63,843 bases of DNA, filler included, from Octopus bimaculoides (GCF_001194135.2; 6 parts of 6 records of this genome joined end to end with filler, not necessarily neighbours in it); one strand, 5' to 3'. Shown: positions 13,962-26,955, counted from the first letter of the whole stretch. Notes: generated by a model not told the origin, from the letters alone. Translations and numbers: made by a program.

Positions 13962-15924
13962 GCATGTTAAATACATTGGGCGTCAATAGGATATATATGT
14001 ATGTATGCATAATACATGTATGTATGTATTCATGTATGCGTGTGTGTGAATTCTCTTGTGTCTGTTTTGTGTTTGTGTATGTGTCTAATAATATCTATCT
14101 ATTATTCGAGCTTAATTTTGATTAATGTGATTTCACATAATAAGAATGAGGCGTTCTAAGCTGTTTGAAGAGTAATATTTTTTCTTTACGTGAAATAAAT
14201 TGAATGATAAGAATACCAAATGAGATTTGTACAACGGAAAGAATTATCTTTCTTCCAACAGAATGAATGGAAACAATGAAAGAATAAAAATGAAATAAAA
14301 AACAAATTGTAATAATATAATGTATTTGTATATGATGTATATATGAATGTATGTGTGCGCATAATTCACACATGGCGTCCCTCTTATTGTCAGTTGGGTG
14401 ACCCATAAATTTTATTTGCAGTTGTCTTCATGGGAGATGTTGTTTAACTTAGTTTCAACTGTAGTTTTCAATTTGAAACGGAAGTTTATATATGAATCAT
14501 TACAGAAACTGTATACTAATAGCCTGTAGTGATTATACCGTAATTGAATTCTAATATCCTTCGGCATGAATATATCAATCTTGCATGTAATGTACAACGC
14601 TAATGATATATCGAATATATTACAGCATCGATTTCCAGTTTAACTGGAAGTAAAAATTATAAAAGTCAGGTGATCCAATCTGCATCCCGGAAAAAGAGAC
14701 GTTCACTTTGATGAAAGGCCTTCTAGAAAATAGGCGAAAGCGAAGAGTTTCTTGACTATCAAATTCTTAATTTTCTCGAAGGGCCCAGTATCCTTTTATC
14801 ACTTGTATTTTTGCGCAGGCATTCGCGCTTTCAATCTCCATTAATTTACATCTTCCCATTCTAAAATTAGTCTTGCAGAAAAAAATAGAATGAAAAATAA
14901 ATAAAAAGAAAACCAATATTTTGGAAGACGAAATAACGAACACTCTATGCATCGGGTTTGATAACGATACCTGTAGTCAAACAGGGGAAAGTTGTAATTG
15001 TTAAAATTTGTTTTTGTTGGCGTTCTTGTTGTTTAGTTCCACCCATTAAAATTTACCATCCTTGAACATCCTATCTTTTATTCATACATAGCATTATAGG
15101 TTTTCTTTCTGGAATGTCTGAGTGTTTTTTTTAAATTAACAGCAGGGTATAATTTGAATAAAATTCGATGGCCTATTCATGTAGATCGAGTGACTACGTG
15201 GCATCTCATGATGTAACATTTACTATTTGTCGTGATTATCTGACAGAGATATAGGCACTGGTAGCGGCAATGTGATAAGTGAACCGCCATGTGCTCATTG
15301 CGCGATATGGTTAGGGATCACTGTATATCAATTCCAAAAATCTAGTAAGATGATAGTGTTTCTAAGTTTAATAACACCATTTGTTATGATGTATGTATAA
15401 CGTAAACATCGAAGTATACAAACACCTACCAACCAATAAACACATTTAGACATATATTTATGACAAAAATTAATATATTTGTCAATGGAGAAAATCTACT
15501 TTGACTACAAGTAAAGAAAAAAAAAGAAACTGACCAGGATGACGACATTGATAATGATGATGATGATGATGCTGGTTATTAATAAAGATCATGTGATGAT
15601 AATATCGATGATAATGAATGACGATTAGGAGGACGACGGCGGCGACACATCCGAAAACGTTATTGATCTGTGATGATGAAGATGCTGACGATTCTGAAAA
15701 AGACAAGACAACGACGTCGTCGACGACGATAATGATGCTGTAGATGTCGCTGCTGCTGCTGTTGCTGCTGCTACTGATGATGATGATGATGAAGGATGGG
15801 AAAGATGATCACGCATAAAACAGGCGGATTATCCTAATGAGAAAGTTTGAAGCAATTTCGATTTCGTAGAAGGCATAAGAACTACAAATCGAAAAAAAAA
15901 CCCCGACAAAAAACGTGACACAAG

Positions 15925-15974
<50 letters not shown>

Positions 15975-16315
15975 NNNNNNNNNNNNNNNNNNNNNNNNNN
16001 NNNNNNNNNNNNNNNNNNNNNNNNNNNNNNNNNNNNNNNNNNNNNNNNNNNNNNNNNNNNNNNNNNNNNNNNNNNNNNNNNNNNNNNNNNNNNNNNNNNN
16101 NNNNNNNNNNNNNNNNNNNNNNNNNNNNNNNNNNNNNNNATCTTATAGATGACAATGTCAGCCATATTTAAATCAATCATTCATTTTATGTCGACATTTT
16201 ATGGCAATATTTGCGGCGGTCCTCGTAATTTGTTGAAATGATTAAATGTCACCATTTGCTCTTGCTAATACTTGAATGGAATACCACCACCATTCACAAC
16301 GGCATGTATATAATA

Positions 16316-17022
16316 CAGGGCGTCCCAAAGAAATGCATACGTACTTTAAATAATTGTAAAGAACGTGTCTATTAAAATACATTTCATTTTCAAAATTTAG
16401 TAGTATCTACAGACATTTTATTGGTTTGTCAACGCCTGTTTTCAAACTGACGTCCGTTCTGGTCCAGGCACTGCTGACAAGGCGAAGCAATGGAATCGCA
16501 AACATCACGAAAGAATTCGTTTGGTATGTGTGTGCATTCTCGTTTGATGGTTGCTCTCAAATCAGTGACTGTTGCAAAAGTTTCATAGCGTAGAATTTGT
16601 TTTTTAGGTATCCCCATCAAAAAGTCTAGTGGTGTGAGGTCTAGTGAGCGCGGAGGGTACTCAACGAAACCCCTTCGTACAACCGACCTGTTTGACAAAA
16701 TCCCATCAAGGACGGATCTAACAGCGCGAATGAAGTGTGGGGGTGCTACATCTTACTGAAAATGAAGCTCCTCATCTTCTTGTTGCAGCAAGTTCAAGTA
16801 AAAGGGACCAGTCACTGTAGCGCCAAAGAAGAATGGTCCAATTAATCCTCTTGATGATAAGCCACACCACACTGTAACTGCTCGTAAATTAACATGGTGT
16901 TCCACCAACACATGCGGATTCTCAGGTCCCCAGTAGGTGCAATTGAGACGGTTAATTGAACTATTTAATTTGAATGTGGCCTCATCACTCCACACAATCT
17001 CTGTTGGAAAGTATGCAACTTT
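16316..17022 (-). mobile_element. Tc1/mariner DD41D (rosa/VS-type) transposase remnant with one terminus
   Basis: [33 protein letters not shown]...YPPRSLDLTPLDF with 41 residues between the second and third Asp. Terminus is TA|CAGGGCGTCCCAAA. A SINE abuts the truncated 5' side. Confidence 0.85.
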
Positions 17023-17152
17023 CACTCACAAGGCTTTGGTCGGCCCGAGGATATAATAGAAAACACTTACTGAAGTTGTCACCCAGTGGGAGTGAGCCCA
17101 GATCCACGTGGTTGGGAAGCAAGCTTTTCACAACACAAACACGCCTGCGACT
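17022..17152 (-). mobile_element. SINE family B head
   Basis: ctcacaaggctttggtcggcccgagg...gtggttgggaagcaagctt, the reverse complement of the 28538 copy. Confidence 0.8.
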
Positions 17153-17178
17153 ATATTGTACGTACACACACACACACG

Positions 17179-17233
<55 letters not shown>

Positions 17234-17333
17234 NNNNNNNNNNNNNNNNNNNNNNNNNNNNNNNNNNNNNNNNNNNNTTAATTAATTAANNNNNNNNNNN
17301 NNNNNNNNNNNNNNNNNNNNNNNNNNNNNNNNN
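17234..17333. other. Assembly linker: 44 N + TTAATTAATTAA + 44 N
   Basis: The 12-mer has stops in all six frames; an identical 100-bp structure occurs five times in the window. Confidence 0.95.
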
Positions 17334-18200
17334 TGGTAGTAATAGTGGTAGTGGTGGTGGTGGTGGTGATGGTAGTGATAGTAGTAGTGGTAGTGGTGGT
17401 GGTAGTAGTAGTGGTAATGGTGGTGGTAGTGATAGTAGTAGTGGTAGTGGTGGTGGTAGTGGTAGTGATAGTAGTAGTGGTAGTAGTAGTAGTAGTGGTA
17501 GTGTTTGTTGTGTGTGTATGTGTGGCATATTAGCATCTGTTTTGTGTGGGTGTGTGTGTGTGTATCAACAACTGTCTCTTGTGTGTTTATGATTGTTTTT
17601 CTGTATGTTAGCATCTGTTGTGTGTGTGTGTGTAGGTGTATTAGTGTTATGTTGTGTATATGTATATCATTATCATTATTATTATCATCCTTTGTGTGTT
17701 TTGGGGTGGGGTGGGCAGGTGAAGGTGTGTGTGGGTTAACAGAAAGAGGGGTAAGGTTCCTTTTTATTGCAGATGACAGTATTGTAGTATTTGTTGTAAT
17801 TGTATTGGTGTTAGTAGTGGTGGTGGTGGTGTTTGGGGTAGTAGTGGTGGTGGTGGTGGTGGTTAGTGGACCAAAGTAACAGTTTGTGCATAGTGTGTTG
17901 TGGCAAGGCAGAGAGTGATGGTGACGTAACAGTGTTGGTGTTGACAATGGTGGTGATGTTGATAGTTGTGGTGGTGGTGGTGGTGATGGTGATGGTAGTG
18001 GTGATGGTGCTTGTGGTCATGAGGATGATGATGACGATGCTGATGGTGCCAGTGCTGGTGATGAGAATGTTGATGATGATGGTTGTGGTGGTGTATGTCA
18101 CCAAAATGGATATGATGGTAACGATAAAGGTGGGGGTGGCGTTGATGGTGACGATGATGTTGGTGACATCGATGCTGATGATGATGATGATGATTAACTT
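17334..18200. repeat. Compound (GGT/AGT/GAT)n cryptic trinucleotide low-complexity tract
   Basis: Poly-V/M/T ORFs in several frames are repeat artefacts. Confidence 0.9.
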
Positions 18201-19129
18201 TGGTCTGTCACTGTTTTATTTCGAAACTCTTTTGTCTCTGCATTTGTTCATTTATTGATGTCAAATAGAGGGAAAAGGTGGGGTGGATTGGGGTGGGGCG
18301 AGGTGACAAACAGACTCTGTGGGGGAAGGGAAGGAATCATGGGTGGTAGTGGCAACAGTGGTGGTGGTGGTAACAGGGAATCGGGGTGGGGTAAGGTGGA
18401 AGAGTGGTGGAGAAAGCTGGGTGGGGGGAGCCAGTAACAGGGAGCGCTGTTACACCTTGCAAACTCGTGAAACCTGCCGCAGAGGTATCCAATATCCGGT
18501 AGAGTAGTCGGCGGTGGTGGGTAGGTGGGTGCCTGGGTGGGCGGCTGGGTGAGAAAGGTTGTGACGTGGCATCAGGACGGCAGGGGGTAGGAGGGGTGAG
18601 TGTGAGGGGAGGGGCAGAGAAGAGTTTGCCATCTGTTGTATTTGGTGACATACAGGTTGTTCTTGATGATGATAATGGTGNNNNNNNNNNNNNNNNNNNN
18701 NNNNNNNNNNNNNNNNNNNNNNNNNNNNNNNNNNNNNNNNNNNNNNNNNNNNNNNNNNNNNNNNNNNNNNNNNNNNNNNNNNNNNNNNNNNNNNNNNNNN
18801 NNNNNNNNNNNNNNNNNNNNNNNNNNNNNNNNNNNNNNNNNNNNNNNNNNNNNNNNNNNNNNNNNNNNNNNNNNNNNNNNNNNNNNNNNNNNNNNNNNNN
18901 NNNNNNNNNNNNNNNNNNNNNNNNNNNNNNNNNNNNNNNNNNNNNNNNNNNNNNNNNNNNNNNNNNNNNNNNNNNNNNNNNNNNNNNNNNNNNNNNNNNN
19001 NNNNNNNNNNNNNNNNNNNNNNNNNNNNNNNNNNNNNNNNNNNNNNNNNNNNNNNNNNNNNNNNNNNNNNNNNNNNNCACTGAGTTATCATTTATCATTA
19101 ATCCTTTACTTGTGGCCATGCTGGGGCAC

Positions 19130-19286
19130 CACCTTGAAGAATTTTTAGCCAGATGAATCGACCCCAGTATTTATTCTGTTGGTCTCTTTTTGCCAAACCG
19201 CTAGATTATGGGGATGTAAACATACCAACATTGGTTGTTAAGCAGTGATGGAGGACAAACACAGACATACACACATCATACACTCA

Positions 19287-19328
<42 letters not shown>

Positions 19329-19470
19329 TACACATATCTGATGAGCTTTGTTCAGTTTCTGTCTATCAGATCCAAACAAAAGGCTTTGGCCAGCCTGTGG
19401 CTATTGCAGAAAGCACTTGCCCAAGGTGCCACGCAGTGGGACTGAACCCAGAACCATGTGGTTGGATGGA
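19130..19470 (-). mobile_element. SINE family B copy with internal (CA)n
   Basis: ttttgccaaaccgctagattatgggg...cacttgcccaaggtgccacgcagtgggactgaaccc. Confidence 0.85.
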
Positions 19471-20564
19471 AAGTATGCTTTTTTTTAATAACAGAAGTAG
19501 CAATAACTGCAACAGCAGCAACACCAACAGCACAAAAACAAACAACAACCTCACCACCACCAACAACAGCGCCACCAATAAAAATGATCAACATGCTGCA
19601 AAACCAACAGTGACAGCAGCACCAATTTTAGTCGAGAACCACAACAGCAACATCAACAAGACCAACAAACACAACATCAGTACCACCACCACCACCACTA
19701 TTACAACAACAATAACAACAATAGCTTGGGTCAGCAGTAGCAAGACCAATAACAACAACAACAACATGTGATTAAGTCTTTGAGAAACATAAAAGAAAAA
19801 CAAAAAAAAGGAAAGAAAAAATCGACCAAGGTAGGCAGAGGGTGGGTTGGGGGGTGTTGTGGTCATTTTAATTAAACTTATGAAGACTTAATGAACAAAC
19901 TCACCAACACACGTCAACATGATCGTACGTGTGTTCACATACACACGTGCATACGTATATACATGCACACATACGCACACATATACACATGCTAATGCAA
20001 ACAGACGCTGAAGCCAAACATACTAAATGGTACTCACAAGCATACACACGTAACAACACAGATGCATTCATACACACACACACACACACACACACACAAA
20101 TCAATACACATGCACAAACTAAAGATACTTCAATGCACACATCTAAAACCAATACTTAACGACACCCACACACATACACACCAAGAGTAGCACCTACACA
20201 ATCACACACACACACACACGTACACACCAACACAGACCAAGAGTAACAACTACACAAACACATACACACACATGCAATAACTCTTATACTCCAGCACACT
20301 TTCAAACTCACACATCACACACACACTCATACACACATGCCAACTTATATACATGCACACACACAAACACATCATCACACACACACACATCATCACACAC
20401 ACACACATGCACATCATCACACACACACAAACACATCACACACACTCACACAAACCAATTTATATACATGCACACACACAAACACATTACACACACTCAT
20501 ACACACACACCAACTTATATACATGCACATACACACACAAACACATTATCACACACAAACACAT

Positions 20565-20595
<31 letters not shown>

Positions 20596-20859
20596 GAACC
20601 AACACATCATCTACCAACAGCAATGCCACATGGTGAGACTTTGAAAACATGCTTCATCGTTTCACCACCACCATCAACACCACCACCACCACCATCTTCA
20701 CCACCACTAGTACCATTTCCGTCAACAGAATTATTATGGGAAACAAAGCAACTGTGGTGATTTCATTGCTCCGTTGTCTCTGACCAATATGGTGGCTGCT
20801 TTGTGTCATGAATAAAACTTGAGGTTCCCACACAACAACAACAACAGCAACAATATATA

Positions 20860-21025
20860 GGTGTAAGCGTGGCTGTGTGGTTAAGAACGTTTGCGATGCA
20901 ACCATGTAGTTCTGAGTTCAGCCTGACTGCACAGCACCATGGGCCAAGTCTCTTCTACTATATTTTACTCCAGTATCTTGTGAATGAATTCAGTAGATGA
21001 AAGCTTGTGTAGAAGCCTCTGTTGT
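20860..21025 (+). mobile_element. Diverged SINE family B head
   Basis: gtggctgtgtggttaaga..ctgagttcagcc..gcaccatgggccaagt. Confidence 0.7.
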
Positions 21026-21057
21026 ACATGTGTGTGTGCATATATATATATATATAT

Positions 21058-21257
21058 TAACGGTCATTTTCATAGCATTTTTTTGATGGCCTGATAACTG
21101 AAGAGATGCCGGTGCGGGTTTCCACCCCGACATCCGAAACTCAGAGTTTTATCATGGTTACCGAATAATTGTCACATATTATATTTACAGATAAATTCCT
21201 CCATTTACATAATATCGAGGTCTCTTTCATTCTTTTGTTGTCTTGCCATTTCTATCA
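21058..21257 (+). mobile_element. About 200-bp cassette between (TA)n tracts carrying a hammerhead motif
   Basis: Flanked by TA repeats on both sides; the hammerhead fold is at 21092-21154. Confidence 0.6.
21092..21154 (+). ncRNA. Candidate type-I hammerhead ribozyme
   Basis: Helix I TGATAA/TTATCA (6 bp); core CTGAAGA; helix II GATG-C-CGG...CCG-A-CATC; GAAA; helix III ACTC-A-GAGT; GUU triplet with predicted cleavage after 21148. Confidence 0.65.
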
Positions 21258-21339
21258 ATATATATATATATATATATATGGTGCTCCAGCATGACCACAG
21301 CCACATAGCTGAAACAAATAACAAACCGCTTTCAAAAAT

Positions 21340-21546
21340 TAAGTAAAAATACAGGAAAAATAATGCAGAATCCTTGTCCGGTATTGGATTGATCCTAAAA
21401 TCTTATCAGTTTGTGCCAGTCATGAGGCCAAACATGCCTGAAAGTGTCATCCAAATCCATCCAGCAGTTCTTGAGATATCTTGTCCACAGACAAACACCC
21501 ACGACTGAAAACAATACCTCTGCCTCCGCTAAGGCAGAGCTAGTAA
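21340..21546 (+). mobile_element. Helentron/HINE-like non-autonomous element, 3' part
   Basis: atccatccagcagttcttgagatat..acagacaaac..gaaaacaatacctc, then a perfect 8-bp hairpin CTCTGCCT-ccgcta-AGGCAGAG (21518-21539) near a T-rich end. Confidence 0.5.
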
Positions 21547-21600
21547 TGATGGTGGACTCTCCCGTTACAGATAACATATGAGTGTTTATATAAGTATATA

Positions 21601-21803
21601 AAATGCTTACCTCCATTCTACACATTCTACATGGCAAAGAAGGCTTCTTTGGCCTCTTTGCAGTTGCTTCAGCTTATGGAAGTAGCAGCCAACTCTCCCT
21701 CAAATTTTACCATACACAAAAACAAAAACCGGTACTCATTTTATTGAGACTGAAAAAACAAAATACAAAGTTGAACTTCAGCAGGATTTGAACCCAGATC
21801 ATA
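21601..21803 (-). repeat. Diverged SINE-like sequence, copy 1 of a local duplication
   Basis: Highly similar to 22591-22788, including shared A-rich idiosyncrasies. Confidence 0.75.
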
Positions 21804-22590
21804 ATGTATGTGCCACGCATTGGTTCACTCCCTTCATCAAGTCATTGTTACTTGAACAGGTGCACAGTGTGCCACACGCCAGGTGTTGAAGTGATGACAG
21901 ATCCACGTGACTGGAATTCTTTTGCTCAAGAACATCACATACTACCTGGTCTAGGAATTGAAACCATGATCTTACGATCTTGAGTGCAGTGTCCTAACCC
22001 GTAGGCCATAATAATAATAATAATAATCTTGTAGGCCAGCTTAGTGGAGGCTGATAGGTAAGAGTGTGTAAGAAGATACTGTTACTAATACAAACAACTT
22101 TACATTGGATGTAGGACTTGAAGAGATCTTGTTGACTATAAAGTAGGACAAGTTCTCTCTACATAGCCATTTCTGTCGTGTGTTGTGTATGTAACGCATA
22201 TATATATATAATAGATACGTTTTTTTGTGCCGTGTGTGTGTGCGTGTGTGTGTGTTGTGTAACTTGAGATCTCAATGACTTACCTACTTTTCTGCTTTTG
22301 CATGTGACACTTTGAAATGAAACCAAATGACAATAACCGAGGCTAATGATTTCTTACTGGCGTACACAAGGCCAACCGACAACCACCACCATTGCCGCTA
22401 CCACCACTACTACTACTGCCGTTGCCAGCCAATCTGCAGTGCCAAGAGGTGGGGGGGGGATGAGATTGTGTAACTATCATTCGTGCCTTTTGTCTGTGAC
22501 ATTATTTCAGCTGAACTGGTTCCGACTTCACTTTGAACTTCATCTCACCAAAAAAAAAACAAAAAAAAAAATTTTTTTAATAAATAAATA

Positions 22591-22788
22591 AAATGCTTAC
22601 CTCCATTCTACATGGGAAAGATGGCTTCTTTGGCCTTTTTACAGTCGCTTCAGTTTATGGAGATAGCAGCCAACTCTCCCTCAAATTTTACCATACACAA
22701 AAACAAAACAAAAACCAGTATTAATTTCATTGAAACTGAAAAAACAAAATACAAAGTTGACTTGAGCAGGATTTGAACCCAGATCATA
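22591..22788 (-). repeat. Copy 2 of the local duplication
   Basis: aaatgcttacctccattctaca...caggatttgaacccagatcataa is shared with 21601-21803. Confidence 0.75.
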
Positions 22789-22869
22789 AAGATGGGTGAA
22801 ATAGCAGTAAGCATTTATTGCTCTGTACTGTAATGGTTCTACCAGCTTGGTACGTGGTCCCTACTTATA

Positions 22870-23530
22870 ATAATCCTTTCTACTAAAGGCACAAGGCCTG
22901 GAATTTGTGGGGAGGGGTCTAGTAAATTACATCAAAAAAAAAACCCAGTGTTTCACTGATAACTTGATTTGTCAACCTCGGTGGAATTTGAACCTAGAAT
23001 ATAGCGACAGGCAAAATACCGTTAAGCATCTCATCCAACGTGCTAGCGATTCTACCAGCTTGTTGCCTGGTCTTTTATAATAATGGTTTCAAATTTTTGC
23101 TCCAAGAGCTGTGTTGATTACATTGACCCCAGTGTTTCACTGGTACTTAATTTATTGACCCCGAATGGATGAAAGGCAAAGTCGATCTCGGTGGAATTTG
23201 AACTCAGAACATAACGAACAAAATGCCGCTAAGAATTTTGTGTCCAGCGTGCTTACCAATTCTGCCCAATTGCTGCCTGGTCCCTGCTTATAATAACAAC
23301 ATCAGACTTTGGTAGCACAGAGCCAGCAGTTTTTGAGGGGGAAGGTGGCAGTAAATTATATTGATTCCACCTCCCCCAGTACGTGACTGGTACATATTTC
23401 ATCAAAACCAAAAAAAGACAAAAAAAAAAAGCACAGTTGACTTCGGCAGAATTTGAACCCAGAATGAAAAAGACAGATAAAACGCTGCTGAGCATTTTGT
23501 CCTGTGTGCCAACAATCCTGGCAGTACACC
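22870..23530 (-). mobile_element. Three tandem SINE family A copies
   Basis: Three repeats of accccagt..actggtac..ctcggtggaatttgaac. Confidence 0.8.
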
Positions 23531-23864
23531 ATCTTGTCCCTACTTATAGTGAAAACATTCACACACACACACACACACACACTGACAATACACAAAGCTT
23601 TTGTTTAGAGTGAGTGTTAATGTATAAAACTTGAACAATGTGCTTTATTAACCTCTGTCAGCCCAAACTGTTGTCTTCCTCCTTGGTTTAGACATACAGA
23701 TGTCAGTTTATTCCAATTGTTTCTCTCTCCAGTTTCATTGTCATCTCGTGTTTGTCTTTCTGTTTGTTAGTTGTCTTGCTCACAATACACACACATTTAG
23801 ACTTGCACAACCTGTGTAACACACCACATCCATTCACTCACACACTCTCTCTCTCTCTTTTGTT

Positions 23865-24061
23865 TCATCTATTTACCTGTCTATCTATCTATCTACTTAC
23901 CTGTCTGTCTATCTATCTGTCTGTCTATTTATCAATCTATCTATCTTTCTACTTGTCTGTCTATCTACCTATCTATCTATTTATCTATCTGTCTATCTAT
24001 TATCTATCTGTCTATCTATCTACCTCCCTGTCTATCTATATCTATCTATCTATCTACCTAC

Positions 24062-24095
<34 letters not shown>

Positions 24096-24139
24096 GTCTA
24101 TCTATCAATACCTATCAATCTATCTATCCATCTACCTAC

Positions 24140-24174
<35 letters not shown>

Positions 24175-24245
24175 CCTGTCTGTTTATCTATCTTCTTACC
24201 TGTCTATCTATCTGCCTATATCTGTCCACCTATCTCTCTATCTGT
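23865..24245. repeat. (ATCT/GTCT)n tetranucleotide satellite
   Basis: Degenerate TATC run; the LSIYLSIY ORFs are artefacts. A similar tract is at 31750-31945. Confidence 0.95.
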
Positions 24246-24841
24246 TTACCTTCACCTCCTCATCACCCCTCCCCGTGTCTTTTCTCTTCTATTTTCTCTC
24301 CTCCTTGTCCTCCCCCTCCTCCATCTACTCAATTATCCTCTCCTTCATTCCTCCTCACTGTCTTCTCCACAGTCTCACTCTCCCCTCTCTCTCTCTCTCT
24401 CTTCCCTTTATCTCTTCACCTTTCCACTTACCTTTCCTCTCCTTCTCCCGCTCCACCTCTTCCTCCTAATTCCTCTTCCATTCTTCCCCTCTTAGTTCTT
24501 AGGTGTGTACTCAGTGCCGACTGAGACGGTTTTTCTGCTCTACCAGCTCAAATGTTACTTAACAGCATTCACTGATTGATTTTGTTGGTCGTCCCTCCAC
24601 CCACCCACCTACCCACCTGCACCTCCCTCCTCATCCCTCTCTTATCACACACACCCACACACAGCTGTAATTCCATCTCTCCCTACCACCACCACCAACC
24701 CTGCCACCTTTCTGTCCATCCTCTACCCATGCCTTCCACGCCAACCAAGAAGAGACGAAGATGAATAGCAGAAAGAAGCAGCAGCAGTGTTGCAACTACA
24801 ATGACGAGAACAACAACAACAACACTAATGCTAAGCCAGGT

Positions 24842-24855
24842 GTTGCCATGGTAAC
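24842..24855. promoter_or_regulatory. RFX X-box-like palindrome GTTGCCATGGTAAC
   Basis: Matches the GTTNCCATGGNAAC consensus; motif only, no linked gene seen. Confidence 0.3.
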
Positions 24856-25111
24856 TGAGTATTATTTCAACAGACTGCCCTGTCCCCTGCCACACCCAAC
24901 ACTGCCGCCACCGTCGCCACTATCGCCACTACATCAACTCAGGCCACACTAGGCCAAGCCATGCTTTTGTTGCCAATTTCAGTGGAATCATTGTCATTGT
25001 TAAGAATGGTGGCGTCAGCGATGATGACGGTGGGCTGATGCTGACAGAGACAACAGGCATTGAAGGTAGCCATATTGATGATGATGATGATGATGATGAT
25101 GATGTTATTGG

Positions 25112-25142
<31 letters not shown>

Positions 25143-25681
25143 GGTGATAGTGATGGAAATGTTGGTGGTGGTGGTGGCGGTGGTGGTTATGATGCGGATG
25201 TTATTGATGATGATGATGATGGTGGTGGTAGTGAAGAAAATGGTGATGATGGTAATGTTGAACATGGTGGTGGTGGTGGTGGTGGTGATGGTGGTATGTT
25301 GACAAATATGCTGATGATGGTGGTGTGGTTGTGTTGATGACAGCAATGGTTAATGGTGACAGTGATGATAATGATAATGATGATGCTGATGTGGTGGTGC
25401 TGGTGGTAATGATATCTGTAACGATGATGATGATGATTATCATCATCATGGTATCGGTAATAGTGATGGTTATAATGGTGATACCAATATTCATGATGAT
25501 GATGATGATGATGTTAGTGATAGTGATGACAATGAGAGATATGACATAATGTAGTCCTAGGTCAGTCCTTATCGAAACAGGCATATGATCGAAAGCCCTT
25601 TCAGCCACGACCATCTTGTCTATTTGAGGCACTAAGCGCATTAAATCTTTACCAGAACTATCAAACAAGGATACAAGGAGA

Positions 25682-25724
<43 letters not shown>

Positions 25725-26170
25725 CATCATCATCATCGTTTAACATCCGCTTTCCATGCTAGCATGCGTTGGACGATTTGACTGAGGACTGGCAAACCAG
25801 ATGGCTGCACCAGGCTCCAATCTAATCTGGCAAAGTTTCTACAACCAGTCCGAGAGTGTAGTGGGTGCATTTACGTGCCGCCGGCACGAGGGCCAGTCAG
25901 GCAGTACTGACAATGGCCATGCTCAAATGATGTTTTTTACGTGCTACCTGCACAGGAACCAGTCCAGCGGCACTGGCAACGACCTCACTCAAATGTTTTT
26001 TTCACGTGCCAGTAGTGCGACGCTGGTAACAAACATGTTCGAATGGTGCTTTTTACGTGCCACCAGCACGGAAGCCAGTCAGCTGCTCTGGCAGCGATCA
26101 TGCTTGGATGATGCTCTTAGTGCTCCACTGGTACGGGTGCCAGTCATCGAATTTGCAAATTCAAATTGAT
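25725..26170 (-). mobile_element. Retroposon (SINE/LINE 3' end, family D) with (GAT)n tail and internal repeats of about 66 bp
   Basis: catcatcgtttaacatccgctttccatgctagcatg; related copies at 27985-28140 and about 27590-27640. Internal ttacgtgcc..gccagtc units. Confidence 0.7.
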
Positions 26171-26209
26171 TTCGATTTATATATATATATATATATTTTA
26201 TACATAAAG

Positions 26210-26667
26210 CAATGGTTCTCAACCTTTTCCGTATCTGAGCTAAATCTAAAAGCTGAACTTCTTTGTAGGGGTCTGCACCAAAAAAAGTAAAACACAAGTC
26301 AATTACAGAAAAATTTATTACATTTATAGAGGGAAGACCATTGAGGGCCACATGAGGCCCTGTGGCAGCACATGGCTTAGCGGTTAGGGTATTGAACTTG
26401 TGATCATAAGACTGTGGTTTCGATTCCTAGACTGGGCAATGTGTTGTGTTCTTGAGCAATACACTCCATTTCATATTGCTCCACTCCACTCAGCTGGCAA
26501 ATGTGAGTAACCCTGTAACGGACCAGCATCCTATCCAGGTGGGAGATTTATATGCTATGGAAACCGGGAACCTGGACCTTATGAGTCAATATGACTCAAA
26601 AAGGTAACTTTTACCTTTTTTTTTTTTTTTTACATAAGGCCCTGGGAATCACAGGTGAGAACTGCTG
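26210..26667. mobile_element. hAT-like MITE interrupted by a SINE family C copy (26363-26620)
   Basis: Termini CAATGGTTCTCAACC and GGTGAGAACTGCTG form an imperfect inverted repeat; the TSD is not convincing. Confidence 0.5.
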
Positions 26668-26719
26668 GCCAAAAGCCTCCAGCAAACTGGCTGAAAAAAA
26701 AAAGAAGAGTATTGTTTGT

Positions 26720-26903
26720 CTTTTCTCCTCTTTTATTTCTTTCAGTGATTAGACTGCAGCCATGCTGGAGCACTGCTTTTTTAGTCGAAGAAATCAACCC
26801 CAGGGTTTATTCTTTGTAAGCCTGGTACTTATTCTATCAGTCTCATTTGTCAAACCTCTAAGTTATGGAGGACACACATGCATCAACATACATACATACA
26901 TAG

Positions 26904-26955
<52 letters not shown>

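Noticed and set aside
17278-17289. Conserved TTAATTAATTAA element
   Set aside because: Artificial six-frame-stop linker.
25038-25337. Gly/Asp-rich ORF resembling a structural protein
   Set aside because: (GAT/GGT)n compound microsatellite, seen repeatedly in this window on both strands.
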